DNA of 63,639 nt, filler included, from Pelomyxa schiedti (taxonomy: Eukaryota > Protista > Evosea), in NCBI GenBank assembly GCA_020536535.1. It is 6 parts of 6 records of this genome, joined end to end, with 100 filler letters (N's around TTAATTAATTAA, not from the genome) between each part and the next. Parts side by side here need not be neighbours in the genome. Positions count along the whole stretch, not along the records: positions 40,521 to 57,555 come from JAHLWZ010000282.1; positions 57,656 to 58,777 come from JAHLWZ010002803.1; positions 58,878 to 60,519 come from JAHLWZ010002361.1; positions 60,620 to 63,639 come from JAHLWZ010000622.1; 2 more parts are not named here. One strand, given 5' to 3'. A program made the translations under genes and the position numbers. The notes beneath the pieces are model-generated. The model worked only from the letters and a program-made list of their open reading frames with translations, ran no database searches and was not told the origin of the DNA. The stretch's first letter is position 1; every line of letters begins with the position of its first letter. This document shows, piece by piece, positions 49,201 through 61,624 of this stretch.

Positions 49201-51664
49201 ACAGAGGGAAGAGAGTCTGGAGGTTCAATGTGGTGCTTAAGATACTTGTTGAATGTCAAAATAAGGGAAAGTAAATAGTTGGAGATTGCCTGATCCAAGT
49301 GTTCTAAAACAATGAGAGAGGTCTCTGGAGTAACGAATCTGGAAAAACACATTTATTTTCTTCGAAGTGGTAACGTGAGTGTACCGATAACGTCGTCCCA
49401 AGTGGAGTATTTTTGCCTGATTTTGTTCATAATCACCAAATGTCGTAAGTTCTTCTGTGTGTTGTTGCGCCCAGTATCTAGAAACTAACAACAAAAATTG
49501 GTCTACACAAAAACAGAGAGGAGGTACCAGTTCCTTGTGTTAAAAAAGAGGGCTTTCGAGGAACTAAAATAGTTTGAGTCATCACGACACCAGTTTTCGG
49601 AGTTTTAAAGTGTAATAGAAGCTGCACTTTGGAGTAACATGTTACTAAGGGCTATTGTTCAGTTAAATTACACACTGTCTTCCATTGGAGATGGTATTCT
49701 GCCAGCAAGTTTGAAAACGTCAGAGAGGGGAGTTGGGGTTGCGGGAAAGGTATCAGATAAAGGTAAGCCAGCGGCATCAGTGCAACCAGTGTAAAATGTG
49801 ACTGGCTGGAGTATTAAACTCATTGGATCACTGATGGTGGTATGAGAAGTTGTAGAATTTTGGTCTGATACCAGGAGTTATTGAGATTAAAAAATAGTCC
49901 TCCACTTCTTGCGGAAACTCTCTGATAAAAGTAGGAACCAAGATTCACAGAATGGGTACAACCTTCATGTAACTGAAGTCTGCTTGAAGGGACGCAGTCA
50001 GGGTGAAAATAGGAACCGAGAAAGTAAAGCCCTGATAATCCTCATTCTGTAGGAACAACAGTATTAGTTTAGTAAACGACTATTGAAGTACCTCAATCCA
50101 ATTGTGCATCCCATCAGTAAAGAGGAGACAAATGGAATTTGGAGGAGCGGCATTAGCCCTAGCACAAGCACAAAGGAGGTTTGAACCGCCGTTGTAAACG
50201 GACTTAGATTGGATGTATGCCAGAATTGCAGTGGTATCAGAACACTTGGTACGGAATTCACTGATAATGGAGCCGGAAAATAATACTATATCGATAAAGG
50301 TTTTGCTTAAAATAGAGAGTGACTTGATAACGGCAAGTTCCCTGTGCAGTGTGAGAAATTTTCATTCAAAGTGGACGCACTTTGAGGTATCACACTGGGC
50401 CCTACTCAGAGATGTGTCCCAAAGAATAACCACACTGCTGACACTCTTCTGAGGCACCATGCCCTCTACATCAAAGTGCGCCTGAAATGCAAAAAAAACC
50501 TTGTCTGAGTCGTCTGTACTAGATTCCCCCGCCTCAGTGAGGGCGCGGGGAAGATGCTCTGTACAAGACTCGGAAGTAACCTCCTCTGAGGCGTTGGAGT
50601 GCTGCATTGCCATAGGAACATAAATGCTTATTGTATGTGGCGGAGCAGTATTGTGCATTTCATATTCGCATTCAAATTCATTTGGTGAAACTTGAACACC
50701 AGTCGGGGCAAGTAAACCACTCGCAGTCGCCAATACAGTACGAGGAGGAGAAATGAAAGGTGTTGGTGTCACAATAGAAGCCTTGTCTTACTGTTAGAAA
50801 TTGATGATTCACAACAGAGGACTACCTTAAAGTCAAAGGTATGTAGCTTGCTGACAGTACATAAAGGAAGTGTGTAGGCTATTTCTTCACTAAGCCGTCC
50901 CAATGGAGTAGTGAGTTGCTGGGTGAAAACAACTTGTACAATTCGGTCTGTATCTTTGTGAAATGGATAAATTCGCAAAGTGAAAATATTGGCAGTTGTT
51001 TGTTCTGCAATGGCTGCACCACGTTTTTCTCTCATCTGGGGAGCAAACCAATCAAATTTCAAATGCGAATTAGGTACAAACCTCCACTTCAAAGGTGGTT
51101 CTCGCTTTTTCTTTAGAAACCACTACCGCCTCAACAAGTTGGCCTGTTCTAAGGTTAGTCGCATAATAACAGAATATAATTGTACCATCCACATCAACCG
51201 CATACCCACAAACAGTTGCGTTCTCTGGCAAAGTCATGACCTGTGTGGAGCAAATAAGCACACCACTGAGTGGCATATTAACATATAATATTAATAATAT
51301 ATTAACAGATAGTAAGCAAACAAGCCCTCTTTCTTGTGAACAACCATACCAGCTGGCACTCAATGTCATCCGGGAATCCATCGCCCCCCGCATGTTCATA
51401 GCTTTTCGCGTCCTCGCGTGTCGGTTCGTCGTCGTCACTCGTCGCCGCGAGCGAAACGGTGGGTGCCGAGGAGGACCGTCGTCGCCGCCGCGAGAAGGCG
51501 AGCGTGAGGGTCGTCTCGGCCAGGAACCACGCCACCCGAGTTTTGACAGACACGCTCCGTGGTGGTATGTTGCCCAGTACACTGCTCGACGAGGCCGAGC
51601 ACGCCCGCAGCGAAAACAGCCCACCGTCACTACCGCACCCAGTGCGTTGGTTACTGGCGTCCAT
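46299..51664 (-). CDS. VIT + VWA-like + TPR + DUF2135(YfaP-like) protein, many introns, with embedded actin C-terminal peptide
   Basis: VIT: [43 protein letters not shown]. VWA-like: VVILWDTSLSR. FVTPETSLIVLE..HIEPP. TPR: ALSNVSEV..RPEEPQ..WDIRF. DUF2135: DLRCVLTWDT..DVDLIITEPSGETCY..SRNFTGGYGPTEY. Stop TGA 46299-46301. Confidence 0.85.
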
Positions 51665-51818
51665 TTGTTGTTGAAATGGTTCGTCCCGGTTTTGGATCTT
51701 AGTACTTCTCGGAACCGAATAATTAATTTTTTGAAGATGCCGAGAAAGACAGACCCAACTTGGGGATAACGCAAACGCGCGAGTGCGCTAGAAATACTTG
51801 TGGGTTTTTTTAATTTGC

Positions 51819-52911
51819 TTAGACAGCAGAGCAACCCTTGGGGTAGGCGGCGCTGGTGGAAATACCGCACTGGTTCTTGCCAATGCACATGCGGAAGTAT
51901 CCGCCCTCGCCCCATGATGTTCCCCAGCTGTTCTTGATCTTGTATGACTGCTCGGCAGTGTCGAGGCCAATCAGAAGAACGGCGTGATCAAGGGATGATG
52001 TGGAGCATGCGTCTGGGCACCAGATTCCTCCAGTGTAGGGTCTGTGAAGAAAGGGTTAGAATACGGCGAGAAACGAGGCAAAGCCATACGAGAGAAGGCG
52101 GGCATCAATGGCAACAGCAATTGGCTGTGTGAGAAGGGCACTTTGAAGCGCGCTGTCGGATCCCGAGGTGACAGCGACGTATGATGCGATCTTGGTGACC
52201 ATTGTCTGCTTAGTAACACAGTCCTTGGTATCAACAGCAGTATAGGGATAGGCTGCCTCAGTTGGGAGACCGGATTCAGCGCACTTGAAGGCTCCCACAA
52301 TTGTACCGCCAGAGCATCCGCTGCAGCAGAGGCCAGTGCAGCAGTCGACGAGGTCTTGTTCAGAGAGGGAAATGAGCTGCTTGTCTCCGAGGATGTTTCG
52401 GCAGGCCTCAATTGCGCCAATGGAGCCGAATGTCCAGCATGATCCGCAGCTGCCTTGATCCTTGGGCTTCTCGCACTTGTCAGTCCAGTCAACGTCAGAG
52501 GCAGCAGTTCCCTGAACCACTGTAACGTTGCCGTGGACTTGTGGCTTCATGAGGTATTGAGACTGCAGCATGGTAAGGAGGTGACAGGGAAAAACAAACA
52601 AATTAATTTAATTAATTTAATTTGTTTAGTTTTTAAATATAAGAATACATATTAGTAAAGGGGTAAACTATTACCTGAAACTCCTCGGGAGTGAGGTCGG
52701 TGAATTTGTTTGCGCCAACGGTCCAGGAGTGTCCCTCAGCGTTGAACTTGTCGAAGAACTTCATGTTGTGGCTCCAAATCTTGAACCTGAGGCTTGCCTG
52801 GTCCTCCGAGTCGTACTTCTTGCCATACTCAGCAGCCCACTTCTGGAAGTCAAAGCGTGTGTAAGCCGCAGCCGCGGCAACTAACAATGCAACAAGGAAA
52901 ACTGTCTTCAT
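51819..52911 (-). CDS. Cathepsin L-like papain-family cysteine protease, complete (signal peptide, I29 propeptide, 2 introns)
   Basis: MKTVFLVALLVAAAAA; GANKFTDLTPEEF; DQGSCGSCW; DHAVLL; KNSWG; ends CGISTSAAYPKGCSAV*. Confidence 0.95.
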
Positions 52912-53236
52912 TGTTTGCTTGTAAAACTTTTTTATTTTGTTTGTTTTGTGCTTAACGCTTGTTTAAAAGGCCCCGATCGTTAGCGGAGCTTTTGGGGTCG
53001 GGGAAAAAATGGGAACCCCCCAAACGCTTTTTCATCTCCGTTTCACCGCCAGAAATGTCAGATGAAACACGCCGGTGTCAGAATCTGAAAAAAGATGGAA
53101 AAACTGCATTTTGGGTAGGACCACTGTGGTCGAGGAAGTATAATTATGTAATCAGGGTACCCTCCACACACGCACTGCCCTAACCTGCAACCACACTGAT
53201 AGCAAACCCTTTTTCTTCGAATTGATTTCAAACAAA

Positions 53237-54927
53237 ATGTCGTTGGCAACGGGCGACCCTGAACAGAGTGGGAGGACCGATGAGGGTGATGGTGATGGTG
53301 ATGGTATCGAAGTTGCCATTGATCGGATTGGGGTGCTGATCCGAGCGTGCAACGAATGCAGGCAACTGCTGCCAGTCGCCCACGCAAATTTCAAGGTTGT
53401 TTTGTGGCTTGTGGGTTATTTTTCAAAATATTATTAATAGGGGTCGGTGAGGCCCCAAGTGTTTCCTGTGAATTCACAGGAGGTCATAACTGCAAAACTT
53501 CTTGTTGAATCTGCAGAAAAGGTGCTTGCTGTTTCCAAGGTACCTTCGCTTTGCATATTATCTCTTGATATTATATCTTGATATCGAGTTAAATACTGGG
53601 GCTGGGGTGTGGAAAAAGACAGAAATTCATACAAGCGAGCCATTCAACAACCCTGGTGGTTTACAACAGCTGCTGGATTTGACAAAGGAATTAGCAACAC
53701 GCCTTAAGGCTGACACTTGGCAGGAAGCGAGGACGTTCTTCTGTCAAGTTGATTCCCTGAACAAGGCTCTGCCGGTGTGCATTCAGAGTTTGCAAGCGAT
53801 AGAAGGTTCAAGGAAAGCAGCTGCTGAGGCACGAATCAAAGTGGCCTCCTTAGAAAGCGCAGTTGCCAAACTTCCTCCAATTGGTGGACCGAATGTCAGT
53901 TTGAGTGACCTCAAAAACCCCACGAGACTGGCACACACCAAAGCAAAGGGAGAATTGGCAAGGGCAGAGAAATCTATTCAGACCTACGACCAAAAATTGC
54001 GCAACCAGGGGGCCGCGATTCAGCCTTTCAACAGGTATTTTATTCTGTACAACAGCGGTCTATTCGAAAGAATCAGTAAAACAGAGGTGCCAAATATATA
54101 TATCCTTCCTTTTCTCACCAGATACAGAAGTATCTGGAAAGTAAAAAGGAACTCGAAGAACTTGAGGCCCGTTTGCCTGCACTGGAAAAAGAATTAGGCC
54201 ACCGCACAACACAAGCCAGGCTTCTGCTTCTTTCGCAGGTGAACTTCCACCAAATACACCATTGTAAAAAAATAGCCAGGGTCAAATTCCTGAAAACACA
54301 TATAATGTGTTGCAAAGACAGTTTACCATGCTGACAAACCCCTTCAGCCTGCTCCCTGTTGATGTGGCATGCTACATTTTCTCGCTTTCTTGCAAGAATC
54401 AGAGCAAGTATCTCCGGATGGGCCTTGTTTGCAAGAGTTTTCTATCTGCCATGCGCTTCCCGAATTTCTGGTGTGATGCGTATGTTGCCAGATTCGGGAA
54501 GCCTTGCTCAGAATGCGACCACGTGGATTGGTTCAAAAAATGTAATGGCTCTTCTTCCGTTCTTCTTTTGAACCGCGAAATCTAATCTAATCTAATATGA
54601 TCTATCTCACCACAAGACCTGAACCGGTCCAAAGCCTTCAAGCAGGCAGCCAAAGAAAGGAGGCATATCACAGTGCACCCAATAGAAGAGTGCAACAACA
54701 CGCAGTGCCCGGAACTCGTTGAGAACTGTACATACACATCAGCCACCACAAGGACCTGCCCCCAATGCCACAAGTCAACTCCCTGGCCTCCCCCTGGTGA
54801 CATTGATGATGCCAGACAAAGCAAAACCCGCAACAACAACCTATTACCAAACAAACAGCACACACACCATCAACAGCAACAACAACATCTTCATCAACAC
54901 AGCCCACCACTATCAACAACAACATAA
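53237..54927 (+). CDS. Coiled-coil protein with C-proximal F-box and Cys-rich tail, multi-exon
   Basis: F-box-like PFSLLPVDVACYIFS..YLRMGLVCKSF..FW; tail CNNTQC..CPQC; start taken where homology to the paralog begins (MSLATGDPE). Confidence 0.7.
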
Positions 54928-55247
54928 TTACGGTTGGGCATAAGTTTGATCTTCACGAGATACAAACCCCCGAGCGCAGAAACAAAGTGGTACTCAAGGT
55001 GCAGAATCCCATGACAGGGTACTTCTGGGGGCACCCCTACATCAGAAACGAAGCACACATCCCTTCGTTCCTCATCTACTAGAAGGAGTCCCTCACTCAC
55101 AAATCAATAACTGTTGCCACCCACAAGAAACAAGTCACTTGTAATCCTTTTTTTTTTTTTTTTTTGGCATGCATACTGAGATGAGACGAGAATCAAAGCG
55201 AAATCACTTTGTTTTGCGTTACAACAGGTACAATACAAACAATGGAG

Positions 55248-55569
55248 TTAGCAACCTTTCTTCCTCTTTCCTGCATAGAAATCTGGGTAAGTGCAACAAC
55301 CTCACTCCACAAGTTGTTATACCTGAGCTGTGTGCAGAGCTTGTGCCGGAGGATGAAAGAGTGACTGTACCAAGGTCACCGACGCCGCTGCTTCCTCCGC
55401 TTTTCATATCGGCATCCACAACTCGGGCGAACTGTTCACACGCCACGCGTGAGAATAGCTCCGTGACTCCAACTCCGGTTTTTGCCGAAGTCTCAAAGTG
55501 GCCTTTCAGGCCGTTCTTGGATGCAAAGTCACGGCCCTCTTCAAGAGTGACGCATCGCTCTTCATCAAT
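55248..55569 (-). CDS. Rab-like GTPase, C-terminal exons (5' part in N gap)
   Basis: ERCVTLEEGRDFASKNGLKGHFETSAKTGVGVTELF (G5 ETSAK); predicted last exon GKRKKGC*. Confidence 0.75.
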
Positions 55570-55689
55570 CTAATGGCAAAGATTACTGANNNNNNNNNNN
55601 NNNNNNNNNNNNNNNNNNNNNNNNNNNNNNNNNNNNNNNNNNNNNNNNNNNNNNNNNNNNNNNNNNNNNNNNNNNNNNNNNNNNNNNNN

Positions 55690-55846
55690 AGAACTTCATG
55701 TTGTGGCTCCAAATCTTGAACCTGAGGCTTGCCTGGTCCTCCGAGTCGTACTTCTTGCCATACTCAGCAGCCCACTTCTGGAAGTCAAAGCGTGTGTAAG
55801 CCGCAGCCGCAGCAACCAGCAATGCAACAAGGAATACTGTCTTCAT
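55690..55846 (-). CDS. Papain-family protease, 5' fragment (third locus)
   Basis: MKTVFLVALLVAAAAAYTRFDFQKW..HNMKF, same protein sequence as the start of the 52911 gene; truncated by N gap. Confidence 0.85.
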
Positions 55847-56199
55847 TTGTTTGCTTGTAAAACTTGGTGTTGTGTTGTCGGCTTTTTTATTTTGTGTTTT
55901 GTTGTGCTTAACGCTTGTTTAAAAGGCCCCGACCTTTTGGGGAGCTTTTGGGGCTCGGGGAAAAAAGGGAACGCCCCAAACGCTTTTTCATCGCCGGAAA
56001 AGAGAGATGAACACACCGGGGTAATAATCTGAAAAAAGATGAAAAAACCGGAAGATCTTGTGTACGGAGACTGCCGGCATTGAGGAAGTAACCGTAGTCC
56101 AACGCGAATTTTGTACACATTGGACTCAACGTGATGTCCCTCCCTGGAACTTGCACTCACACAACCATCACCCTTTTTCAAATTGATTTGAAAACCGGA

Positions 56200-57555
56200 A
56201 TGTTGTTGGCAACGGGCGACCCTGAACTGAGTGGGAGGACCGATGAGGGTGCTGGTATCGAAGTGGTCATTGATCGGATTGGGGTGCTGATCTCGGCGTG
56301 CAACGAATGCAGGCAACTGCTGCCAGTCGCCCACGCAAATTTCGAGGTTGTTCTGTGCTTGTGGGGTTTTTAAATTTCCAAAATATTATTAATAGGGGTC
56401 GGTGAGGCCCCAAGTGTTTCCTGTGAACGCACAGGAGGTCATAACTGCAAAACTTCTTGTTGAATTTGCGGACAAGGTGCTTGCTGTTTCCAAGGTACCT
56501 TCACTTTATATACATACAATATCTGATATCGAGTTAAATACTGGGGCTGGGGTGTGGAAAAAGACAGAAATTCATACAAGTGAGCCACTCAACAACACTG
56601 GTGGTTTACAACAGCTGCTGGATTTGACAAAGGAACTAGCAACACGCCTTAAGGCTGACACTTGGCAGGAATCGAGGATGTTCTTCTGGCAAGTTGATTC
56701 CCTGAACAAGGCTCTGTCAGTATGCATTCAGAGTTTGCAAGAGATAGAAGGTTCAAGGAAAGCAGCCTCTGAGGCACGAATCAAAGTGGCCTCCTTAGAA
56801 AGCGCAGTTGCCAAACTTCCTCCAATTGGTGGACCGAATGTCAGTTTGAGTGACCTCAAAAACCCCACGAGACTGGCACACACCAAAGCAAAGGGAGAAT
56901 TAGCAAGGGCAGAGAACTCTGTTCAGACCTACGACCAAAACTTGCGCAACCAGGGGGCCGCGATGCAACCTTTCAATAGGGACTTTATTCTATACAACAG
57001 CGGTCTATACGAAAGAATCAGTAAAACAGAGGTGCCAACAAGATAATATCCTTCCTTTTCTCTTTTTCCTCTGCTCACCGTTCTAATACAGAAGTATCTG
57101 AAAAGTAAAAAGGAACTCGAAGAACTTGAGGCCCGTTTGCCTGCACTGGAAAAAGAATTAGTCCACCGCACAACACAAGCCAGGCTTCTGCTTCTTTCGC
57201 AGGTGAACTTCCACCACATACACCATTGTAATAACACATCCAGGGTCAAATTCCTGAAAACGCATATAATGTGTTGCAAAGACAGTTTACCATGCTGACA
57301 AACCCCTTCAGCCTGCTCCCTGTTGATGTGGCATGCTACATCTTCTCGCTTTCTTGCAAGAATCAGAGCAAGTATCTCCGGATGGGCCTTGTTTGCAAGA
57401 GTTTTCTATCCGCCATGCGCTTCCCGAATTTCTGGTGTGATGCGTATGTTGCCAGATTCGGGAAACCTTGTTCAGAATGCGACCACGTGGATTGGTTCAA
57501 AAAATGTAATGGCTCTCTTCCGTTCTTCTTTTGAACCGCGATATCTAATTTAATC
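56200..57555 (+). CDS. Paralog of the coiled-coil/F-box gene (truncated at contig end)
   Basis: Colinear with 53237-54600, with substitutions and a diverged 5' flank. Confidence 0.7.
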
Positions 57556-58136
57556 NNNNNNNNNNNNNNNNNNNNNNNNNNNNNNNNNNNNNNNNNNNNT
57601 TAATTAATTAANNNNNNNNNNNNNNNNNNNNNNNNNNNNNNNNNNNNNNNNNNNNCTGTGGGCAGCTGTGTCCCGAACCTTGCTGATGTCACTCCAGCAA
57701 TGCACAATACCACTAATACTGTCGCCAGGTTTGTGATTATCATTTTTGTTTGTTATTCTATTGGTTTTGTTGGCTTGTTGGTTTGAAGGCTGTTTGCTGT
57801 TTTATTTATACTATAATTTGAGTATGTAGTCTACACAGTTGTTGTTTTTCAAGGTGGCGAGTTTGCCTTTCAACTAACAACAAGATTGGTACCTCGTCCA
57901 ACTCGCAAAAAATTTCATCTGGCACCGGTTTTCGTGCTGGCTTTTTTCCAGTGCGTGGAAATGGGGCTTTGATGCAATTTTCATTCTTACCGTGCTTGAA
58001 CCTTCACTACATTTTGATCAAGAGGAATGGTGTGAGTGTAGTCGCAAGAGATTTCCCAGAAAGTGGTAACTAGAAGACGACCACGGCGGACATAAACACA
58101 CATAGGCTTACAGTCGCCATACACCAACCACCACAG

Positions 58137-58777
58137 GACGGCGATGTGTCTGACCATCATCAACAAGTCGTCAACGAGGTTGTTTCCGCGATCGGGATGC
58201 TGGCCAGGGGCGACCTCGCCGCCTGCGACGCCTGGTGCGCACAAATTGTGGGTCTGGGTGTCAACACCGATGGCGCTGGCCTAGGTGGCGCTGCACGCGT
58301 TGGTGGTTGTGGTGGTGGTGGTGGCATCGGATACTACTGTGACAAGAGGAAGTGCGCGGCACATTTGCTGACCCGGTGCGTGTTCACACACGCGCCCAGT
58401 TTGCTGAGCAAGAGGAGGCCGTTCAGGGCCGTCGACACGATGACTGAGGAGATCCAGCTGGCCCAGGCGTGCTCATGGGATTCAAAGGAAGTGCTGGTGA
58501 GTGCTGTGATTGCGACTGTGAGGCTTGGTGGCGGCGGGAGAACCGGCGGTGAAAAGTTGAGTACCCCGGGGGACGAGGCTCTGTACTTGGGGACTGGATA
58601 CTACCTGATGGGGCTGCTGTTTGAAAAGGGTCTTGGTGTGCAGCAGAATCATGCCGAGGGCGCCGAGGCGTTCAGGATTTCGGCATCGCTTGGTCACAGC
58701 ATGGGGCAGAACAACCTGGCCTTCTGCTTTGATAAAGGCGCGGGCGTGGAAATGAACCAGGACGAGGCAATCAGGCT
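58137..58777 (+). CDS. Sel1-like repeat protein (partial)
   Basis: YLMGLLFEKGLGVQQNHAEGAEAFRISASLGHSMGQNNLAFCFDKGAGVEMNQDEAIR. Confidence 0.85.
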
Positions 58778-58877
58778 NNNNNNNNNNNNNNNNNNNNNNN
58801 NNNNNNNNNNNNNNNNNNNNNTTAATTAATTAANNNNNNNNNNNNNNNNNNNNNNNNNNNNNNNNNNNNNNNNNNNN

Positions 58878-59030
58878 TGGGACCCTGCGGAGGCCGCCCC
58901 GGGCTTTGGTGGTTGGTGTGGTGGGAGTGTCGAGCCACCCTGGGGCAACTACACTGTCCCATACCACGCGAGACACAGTCAAGGTGTGTTGGCAACGATA
59001 CGACAGTGGCAAAGGCTGCAATTCACCCAT
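58878..59030 (-). CDS. 'SRVVWD'-family gene, N-terminal fragment at contig end
   Basis: MGELQPLPLSYRCQHTLTVSRVVWDSVVAPGWLD. Confidence 0.7.
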
Positions 59031-60232
59031 TGGTGTGGTGGTTCTCCCACCAGCACTGTTGTTGTCCAACATTATTTTACATGAAAAAACACAAAAGTGG
59101 GGTGTGATTCAGTAGAATACACAAGCAAACTCTCTGCGAGCACGAGCACGAACTCCGAGACTGAGAGACTTACCGGCTGAGTCAGCACCCGGACCTGACA
59201 TCTTAGGAAATCAAGCTCGCGGAAATCTACCAGATCGTTCACCTCGATTTCAAGTCCTTTTCATGTCCGAAGAAGCCTGACACACTCCAACCTCAGAATC
59301 ACGACTAAAACCTCACAAAGCTAAACAAACAAGAATCCTTTCTTGATCTTGTTCTTGTTCTCTGCTTTGCCATCACACAATTAACTACACAGCACAGAAG
59401 CACTAGTGGTGAATGTGGTGGGTGTTGAGGCTGCCAATGACATAGTGCTTAGTTCCTGAGGGTGAAAGCACCCAAATTGTCTGAGTTTGCCACTAAAATG
59501 TGGGCCTTGAACACAACTGTGCATACAGTTCTGTGTGTCTCTGTGTGAGGATTACGGCTCACAGCATTGCAGGAATGAAGTGTATAGTCTCTTTCCCACC
59601 TTGTGGCACACTGACATTGCATACCCTCCACCCAAAAGTGGCTCCCTTTGGTAGCACACTTTTGGGTGGTTACCTTTTTTTACCAGATTTTTACCAAAAA
59701 TGGGTTGGAATTAGTTGTTCAGATGAACCAATCATTTTCAACCCAACCAAATTCTAACCCCTTCCTGGTGATGAGTGTGGCCCAGAATGGTACATAATCA
59801 CCAACCAAAAGGACTGCATTTGGAGAAAAACTCTTACCTCTGGAAGTGTTATGTCAATGGAGTTTATCAACCCCACTGCTCCACCCCTCTTGCCCATGTT
59901 CAGCATTTTGAAAAGGAGGTGGTTATTGCAGGCCTTGCACTTTACAGAAGTATTGGCGGAACTGTTGTAGGCAAGATACTGGAAGAATGTATTCACACCC
60001 ACCTATTTGGAAATCAGGCTCCATGGGTGGTGTTCATCCCCATGAAATATTGGCACCATCTCCACCACACAAGACTCATCCCACTCCAGAACACGTCCAC
60101 CATCCCACAATGCTGGAATCCTTCAACGTGGCCACCTACACAGCCCCTGCACAGTCCACCTGGCTTCCTTCACCATCACCCTCCTCCTCCCCTGATGATG
60201 CATCAAGCCCAACAATTCATATCTGGATCAAA

Positions 60233-60342
60233 GGGCGGCTGTTTTTTGGCCTGTCAAATTCCTGTAAAAACAGCCGCCCCTTTTTTTGGGTGGCTGTCCT
60301 ATCACAAGCATGTGCAAAACAGCCGCCCCAAGGGGCGGCTGT
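60233..60342. repeat. Cluster of five GGG(C/T)GGCTGT motifs in alternating orientation
   Basis: 60233-60246 / 60266-60279 form a perfect 14-bp inverted pair; 60288-60297; acagccgcccc-aa-ggggcggctgt palindrome at 60319-60342. Confidence 0.8.
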
Positions 60343-60619
60343 CTGAAGTACTTCAGGAAGTGGTGGGCACAAAAGGAAAATGTGTCCCCTTGTGGGCGAG
60401 ACTATCAAAACAGCACAGGAGCGTGATTAATCGAAGGGTGTTTGTTCTGGCTGGAAAGTCACGGGAAACCAAACAACAGTGTAGTACAACAATAGGGGGA
60501 AGTAAAAAGGGGCGGCAACNNNNNNNNNNNNNNNNNNNNNNNNNNNNNNNNNNNNNNNNNNNNTTAATTAATTAANNNNNNNNNNNNNNNNNNNNNNNNN
60601 NNNNNNNNNNNNNNNNNNN

Positions 60620-61490
60620 CGTCCTGCCGGCAGCGGGGCTTGTCACTTTTTCGATCCTCGTACGACCCTGGTTCGGTGGCCCCACTTATCTGCTGCTGCC
60701 ACGTTGGCGTTTTGCCATTGTGGGTGTTGGTGGAACTGATCGGGAAGAGGTGGGTGATGTGGCCCGAGAGGAGGGCCCTTGTGGAATTTGGGGCAAATCC
60801 AACTGCTGATTATAATGAATCTGAGAACTACTTCGTGTTCTTCAGTGTGGGGCCAACACTTGGGCTGGTTCACAAGCCTGTTGTGGTTTCAATGGAGGAG
60901 TTCTGTGTTGGGTGGATTGGGAAACGCGGTCGTCACTCAGACGAGGTGGTTGAAGAAATTCAGTGTGTGCGAGGTACAACGTCCCCAGATTTATCCTGGA
61001 TCCACCTCAAAAATACATGTGAAGGGCACGAAGGGGTGCTGCAACCAGAGGTTGGTTGCCATTGCTGGAGCCAGAAAGAGCACCAATGAGTCTGGGTTGT
61101 TTGGCTCCAGTGAGTTCGACTTTGAGTCTGATGTTCTGGAAGTTATTTTCACTGAGACAAGGGGCACTGGTGGTGAATTCTTGTGCGTTGTTCACATCAA
61201 CCTGAACACATTTGTGGCCAATGTCGAACATAGTTTGACAGTGCCACTCGAAGTGATTGGAGAGTGCAATGTCTCAGAGAAGGGCATCAAGGCAGAGTCG
61301 CTCACGCAACCACTGGTTGACAGATCGAGTGGTATCACTTCCTGCTTGGAAACCGAACTTGTGAACTCAAGGTGTTGGTGTTGAACACAGGCGAGGTTGT
61401 CACATTGAGTGAAGGCTCCCCATCTGCCAGAAAACTTATTGTGGAGGCAGTTGACGAAACACACTTGAGCCTCTGTATCGTGTAAATAGC
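60620..61490 (+). pseudogene. 'SxTLG'-family copy, frameshifted
   Basis: LPLWVLVELIGKRWVMWPERR..FSVGPTLGLV in one frame; CCNQRLVAIAG..VLEVIF in another; later in-frame stop. Confidence 0.7.
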
Positions 61491-61624
61491 TGAGTCATCT
61501 CGGGAAACACATGCAACTTGCCGATGGCGCACCCAGCTGCGGCAATACGTTATGGGCCGAGGAACAAATTCTTCAGCTGCTCGCAGCCGAACCCAACACC
61601 ATCACCACGACAACAAAGTCGTCG

